This document shows positions 60,169 to 64,000 of a stretch of DNA of 64,000 nucleotides, piece by piece. Each line of letters begins with the position of its first letter. Within the stretch, counting starts at the first letter, position 1. The notes under the pieces are model-generated. The model searched no databases and had not been told where the DNA came from. It saw only the letters and a program-made list of their open reading frames with translations. Origin of the DNA: Psammoneis japonica (Eukaryota); assembly GCA_008632985.1 (NCBI GenBank), contig QPGO01000062.1:186001-250000 (forward strand). The letters are read 5' to 3'. A program made the position numbers and the translations under genes.

Positions 60169-61119
60169 TTAAGAAGAAGTAGCGCTGCTGTCTCGTTCAG
60201 CCACTTGTTGTTCGAGACGCTCCAATTCATCCCGTTCTGCTTGAGCCGCATCGGCATCCTTTTCCGCTCGGATTTGGCGTTCAATCCACTTGCGCTTTTG
60301 GTTCATGGTTGGAGCTTGGTAAATGCGGAGAGGAAAGTCAATTTCTCGTAGTATCACACGCATGTGAGAAAAACGTTTCCTTGTTCGTCCAGCTCTGCAA
60401 AATAACAGGCGGCGAGTTTCGAGTGAAAAAACATGACAACACTCATGTCAGCATCATTCAGAATACAAAACACAGTACTTCACTATGATATTCACAACTC
60501 ACCGCCCTCGACCCATGAATCGAATCCCCTTGATTTGTGAACCCGGCGTTGCAAAGCATTCTGCAACTTCCAATTGACTCATTTGCAGTCCATCTCGAAT
60601 GTCGGCTAGATTGGATGTGCGTTTCAAAACCTTTTGTACCAAGGGCGCCTTGAGCTTGTTGCAAAATTCCAATTGCGTCAGAGCTTCCGGCAAAGGCAAG
60701 CCCGCCACGAGGCGACAAATGAGATTCAAACGAAAGGGAGAATAGCGAATGTTCTTTTCCTTGCCTTCATATGTCTTCATCCGTTCCAATCGACGTCGGA
60801 CGATCGACGGCTTTAACTTTTGACGGGAGGAATGGACGACGGCGTATTGGCGACCGTCGGGTCCTTGAATGACTTTCGGACTACTCTTGTTTGTTTTTGT
60901 GCTTGCCGCAATTTGTGAGGAGAAACACCTCGATGATATCAACGTGACGTCATCGTACGACACAGTGAAACCACCACACGCCCAATTAGGACAGAGTGCG
61001 TTCCCAACGTTCCAAAGACAGCGCTGTGCTACCGACTGGTTATTTACCGATAATATTCTTGAACGTGAGGATAACGAGAGATTGGCCATTCGACGAGCCA
61101 GCATGTTTGCGGTGCTCAT
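60169..61119 (-). CDS. MRPL22: Mitochondrial ribosomal protein uL22m; intron 60502-60395
   Basis: Arg-rich presequence; NIRYSPFRLNLICRLVAGL...EALTQL; KGIRFMGRGR|AGRTRKRFSHMRVILRE. Confidence 0.88.
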
Positions 61120-61490
61120 GGTGCGTTTTGACAACGAAAAGCGTTGCCTATTTTTGTGGTGTTGGTGCTTCGTAGAAATCCTACATGCATCTACATACGC
61201 AGGACACAGTACGAATTCTACGCGCGTTGGAACGAAGATTGACGCAAGATTTTTTGGAATATTTGATATTGTGCCTTCTGCTGACTGCGACATGCTTCTC
61301 CTGTCATGCCTCAGCATTCTTTCCTTGACAACAACTGCAAGAAGAAGGAAGTATCACATCAGTTCCTTTGTTGAGAAGAGTGTATCGAAGTCACAGGAGA
61401 GCAATTTCAGAGCCAGCTTTGATTGATTCATACAGTGAGATCAGAAGCACCAGCTGCGGAACTTGTGTTTTTGAATTTTCTAGAAAAAAA

Positions 61491-62891
61491 ATGAGCCCTC
61501 GTTCTATTGCCAAAAGCCGAACGGAGCAGAACGAGACTCAGAGTCAGTCGTCGAATTCATCAAAGGCTCGCAAACTACTCTCCTTTCGTAAATTGAAAAA
61601 GGTGCTGAGTACACGGAGTTCAAAAAAACCTCCGGCTGCGAGTTTGTTGAGCTCTGCTGATGGTGAAGCAAGAGACAGAGAGTTACCCACCGTCATTTGG
61701 ATGGAGTATATCTTTCCCTTTTTGGATCGCTCCTCACAAGACCGTCTTGCGAGAGCACACCGAGATGTCGCTCGGGCGAGGCGTTCTGCGTTTCATCGAG
61801 AAGAACAAAAAATGGATTGGCCCACGGGTTGTTTGCAGAAATTGTCGCGGCCCGTCAAAAAGGTCACCTTCTCTCCCGACAGTAACTCCACCCTGTTGGT
61901 GGCCTGTTGTAAACGCAAAGCCTTACAATATGACAAGCTGTTTGGACCAAAATCTCCCATTAAGGGCCATTCCGGAGTTGTGGCGGATATGAAGTACAGT
62001 CCAACCGATCCATCCGTACTGGCAACAGCCAGCCGAAACGATGGAACGATTCTCTTGTGGAATGTACTCAAAAAGGATGATGGCGATATCGAATACGAGT
62101 CTTTTCGGAGTTTGAAAGTTTACCAGCATGACCTTCGTCACATGATTTGGTCACCCCGAGGAGATCGTGTCGCATCGTGGGGACAAGACTGCTTTGTGCG
62201 AATTTCCAATGTAGAAACGGGCGCTCTCAAGAGTCAACACTGGAAAACACGATTAGAAGTTGCGGGATGTCTCGAGACGGTTGCATTTGAGCCTCCCCAC
62301 GGACACACTGTGGCTTTTGCACAAGACAATGATTGCGTTTTGTTGTGGAATGTCGAGACGGATTCCATGCGCGTCTTGTCGGACTTGGACGATGCACACG
62401 GGTCGTATAGGGGCGCATTCATTACCAGTGTAGCGTATAGTCCGGATGGACAATACTTTGTTGTGGGATGTCATGTAGCCATGATTAACTTTTGGCGTGT
62501 GGAATCTCGTTCCAGAGAATCTGTAGATTCTGGCGAGGAAGAATCTGAGAACGACAATGAAAATGACAACACCCATATTGACTCGGACTATGTCTTTTTC
62601 AAAGAAGTATTTCTGGGAGGAGGGTGGAGCGCAGTCACCTTGTTGACGTTTACTCCCGATGGACGATTCTTGGCGTGTTCCAATCATGGGAAACAAATAC
62701 GTATTGTGGATACTGTCACTGACAACATTCTTGTTACGCTGAATGGACACGTGGCTCGGATCGAATCTCTTTGCTTCACGTCGGATGCAAGAACATTGGC
62801 ATCCAGCTCTTGTGATCGTACTGTTCGATTGTGGGATACATCGTCCTATTGCCGTGGGATAGACAGCGCGGACTATGAGATATGCGGATAG
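61491..62891 (+). CDS. F-box-like/WD40 repeat protein
   Basis: ELPTVIWMEYIFPFLDR (F-box-like); GHSGVV...YSP...DGTILLWN and GHVARIESLCFT...DRTVRLWD repeats. Confidence 0.85.
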   Translation: MSPRSIAKSRTEQNETQSQSSNSSKARKLLSFRKLKKVLSTRSSKKPPAASLLSSADGEARDRELPTVIWMEYIFPFLDRSSQDRLARAHRDVARARRSAFHREEQKMDWPTGCLQKLSRPVKKVTFSPDSNSTLLVACCKRKALQYDKLFGPKSPIKGHSGVVADMKYSPTDPSVLATASRNDGTILLWNVLKKDDGDIEYESFRSLKVYQHDLRHMIWSPRGDRVASWGQDCFVRISNVETGALKSQHWKTRLEVAGCLETVAFEPPHGHTVAFAQDNDCVLLWNVETDSMRVLSDLDDAHGSYRGAFITSVAYSPDGQYFVVGCHVAMINFWRVESRSRESVDSGEEESENDNENDNTHIDSDYVFFKEVFLGGGWSAVTLLTFTPDGRFLACSNHGKQIRIVDTVTDNILVTLNGHVARIESLCFTSDARTLASSSCDRTVRLWDTSSYCRGIDSADYEICG

Positions 62892-63186
62892 TTCGATATT
62901 TTGATCGTCAACGGGTTAAGGGTACGGTAAAGAAAAATAATTGAACTGGATGTGCAATCAAGATTTGACTGGTAGGTATTACTTCTGGTTTAGTCAGACG
63001 TACATTCTGCTTCTCTGTGGCCATTAGAGACACTCGGATAGGATGTGTGCTGTGTACCAATGCACCGTAGCCCTTCTTTGTGTAAGGGTTAGAAGTACGC
63101 AGCACGTACATCGAAGCGCACGGTGAAACAGTCACCGAAGCATCGACGTCATTCTTGAAAAATACCAAAGCAAGTCTAATCTAACG

Positions 63187-64000
63187 CTATGGTTTCTTGA
63201 CACACTTTGTGGAACAGCAGTCGCCAGGTTCCTTGGTGGCCAAAAAGCCCTCGGAACACTTGATGTGCCGACAGTTCGCCCTGAAACAGTTATCCGGTTT
63301 GCATTGACTTGCCTTGAATCCTGCGCCCTTGGTGGCGAGGCATTCATTGTCGTAGCGACAGTCATTCCCACAGACTACCGGCCTGAGTATTTTCGGACAA
63401 GTACGAAGCCAGCTCGTGGACAAGTAGTAGTATCATCCTTGATGCATGACGAGCTACAGCATTCGCCAGGTTTCTTATGCGGCTTCGATCCCGAAGGACA
63501 TTTGAGAATGGGACACTTACCCGCTGGGCAGTCCGCTCTATACACAATGTCCTTGATACAGGATTTACAACATTCACCTGGCTTTATCGATGGTTTCCAA
63601 CCAGCTGGGCATTTGACTGGACGACATTTCGCTTTTAAGCAGTCTGGCTTCTTCTCCTTGATGCACGTGCCACAGCATTCACCAGGATTCTTAACCAATC
63701 TCGAACCATCAGAGCATCTTGAAGGACAATTTGCTTTTGAGCAGTCTGGTCGACATTGATCTGGTGTATAACCGGCCAATTTTGCCTCGCACTCGTTGTT
63801 ATAGCGGCAGTCTGTGCCGCAAATCACGGGACGCACAATCATGGTACAACTGCCGAGCTCGGGTTTCTTGCATTCTTCCTGGATACAAGAGTCGCAGCAT
63901 TCGCCAGAAACCCTTCCAATCTTGGTACCATTTTTGCATTTGATCTTTGGGCATTGAGTTTTAGCACAGTCTGGCTTGCACTGACTTTCACTGTAACCAG
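63187..64000 (-). CDS. Cys-rich repeat extracellular protein with Kazal-like and VWC-like modules (partial; frameshift near 63385)
   Basis: Repeats C...RPV.CG.DCRY.NEC.A..AG and C..C...CP.G....K.PGECC..C; continues beyond the window end. Confidence 0.72.

Overview
Eukaryotic nuclear DNA, very probably from a (pennate) diatom. Evidence: short GT-AG introns, signal peptides followed by Phe (plastid targeting) on a sigma factor and ArgD, helicase-associated (HA) domain paralogs, RRL motifs and a copia fragment of diatom type. About 20 host genes are recognisable: two HA-domain proteins, a TAZ-finger protein, a COPI-associated/TVP15-like protein, a HIT4-like protein, an MLO/EF-hand protein, CYP51, a PLP decarboxylase, a VWA-metallopeptidase, TMEM43, sigma-70, ArgD, a BTB protein, uL22m, an F-box/WD40 protein and a Kazal-like Cys-rich protein. 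Several carry single-base frameshifts that look like assembly indels, and there is one N gap. The main observation is five sharply bounded blocks (approx. 1-1045, 4870-6930, 7470-15250, 48970-53055, 54670-56375; about a quarter of the window) from which the dinucleotide TA is almost absent, with variable loss of CG and excess TG/CA. Decayed genes in these blocks show Tyr->Cys/His (TAC->TGC/CAC), Leu->Pro (CTA->CCA) and a GTAAG->GCAAG splice donor, and duplicated copies differ by TA/TG and CA/TG swaps. This points to repeat-targeted TpA->TpG/CpA (A:T->G:C) hypermutation, opposite in direction to fungal RIP. The largest block is an approx. 8 kb element with weak terminal inverted repeats that carries decayed DOT1-like methyltransferase, 2OG-Fe(II) dioxygenase and zinc-finger genes. 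Other points: an intron that is a diverged tandem copy of its downstream exon, recurrent intergenic CTACTCTAGAGTAG palindrome islands, and an A48/T57 fold-back. All dinucleotide observations are by eye; no counts or database searches were run.
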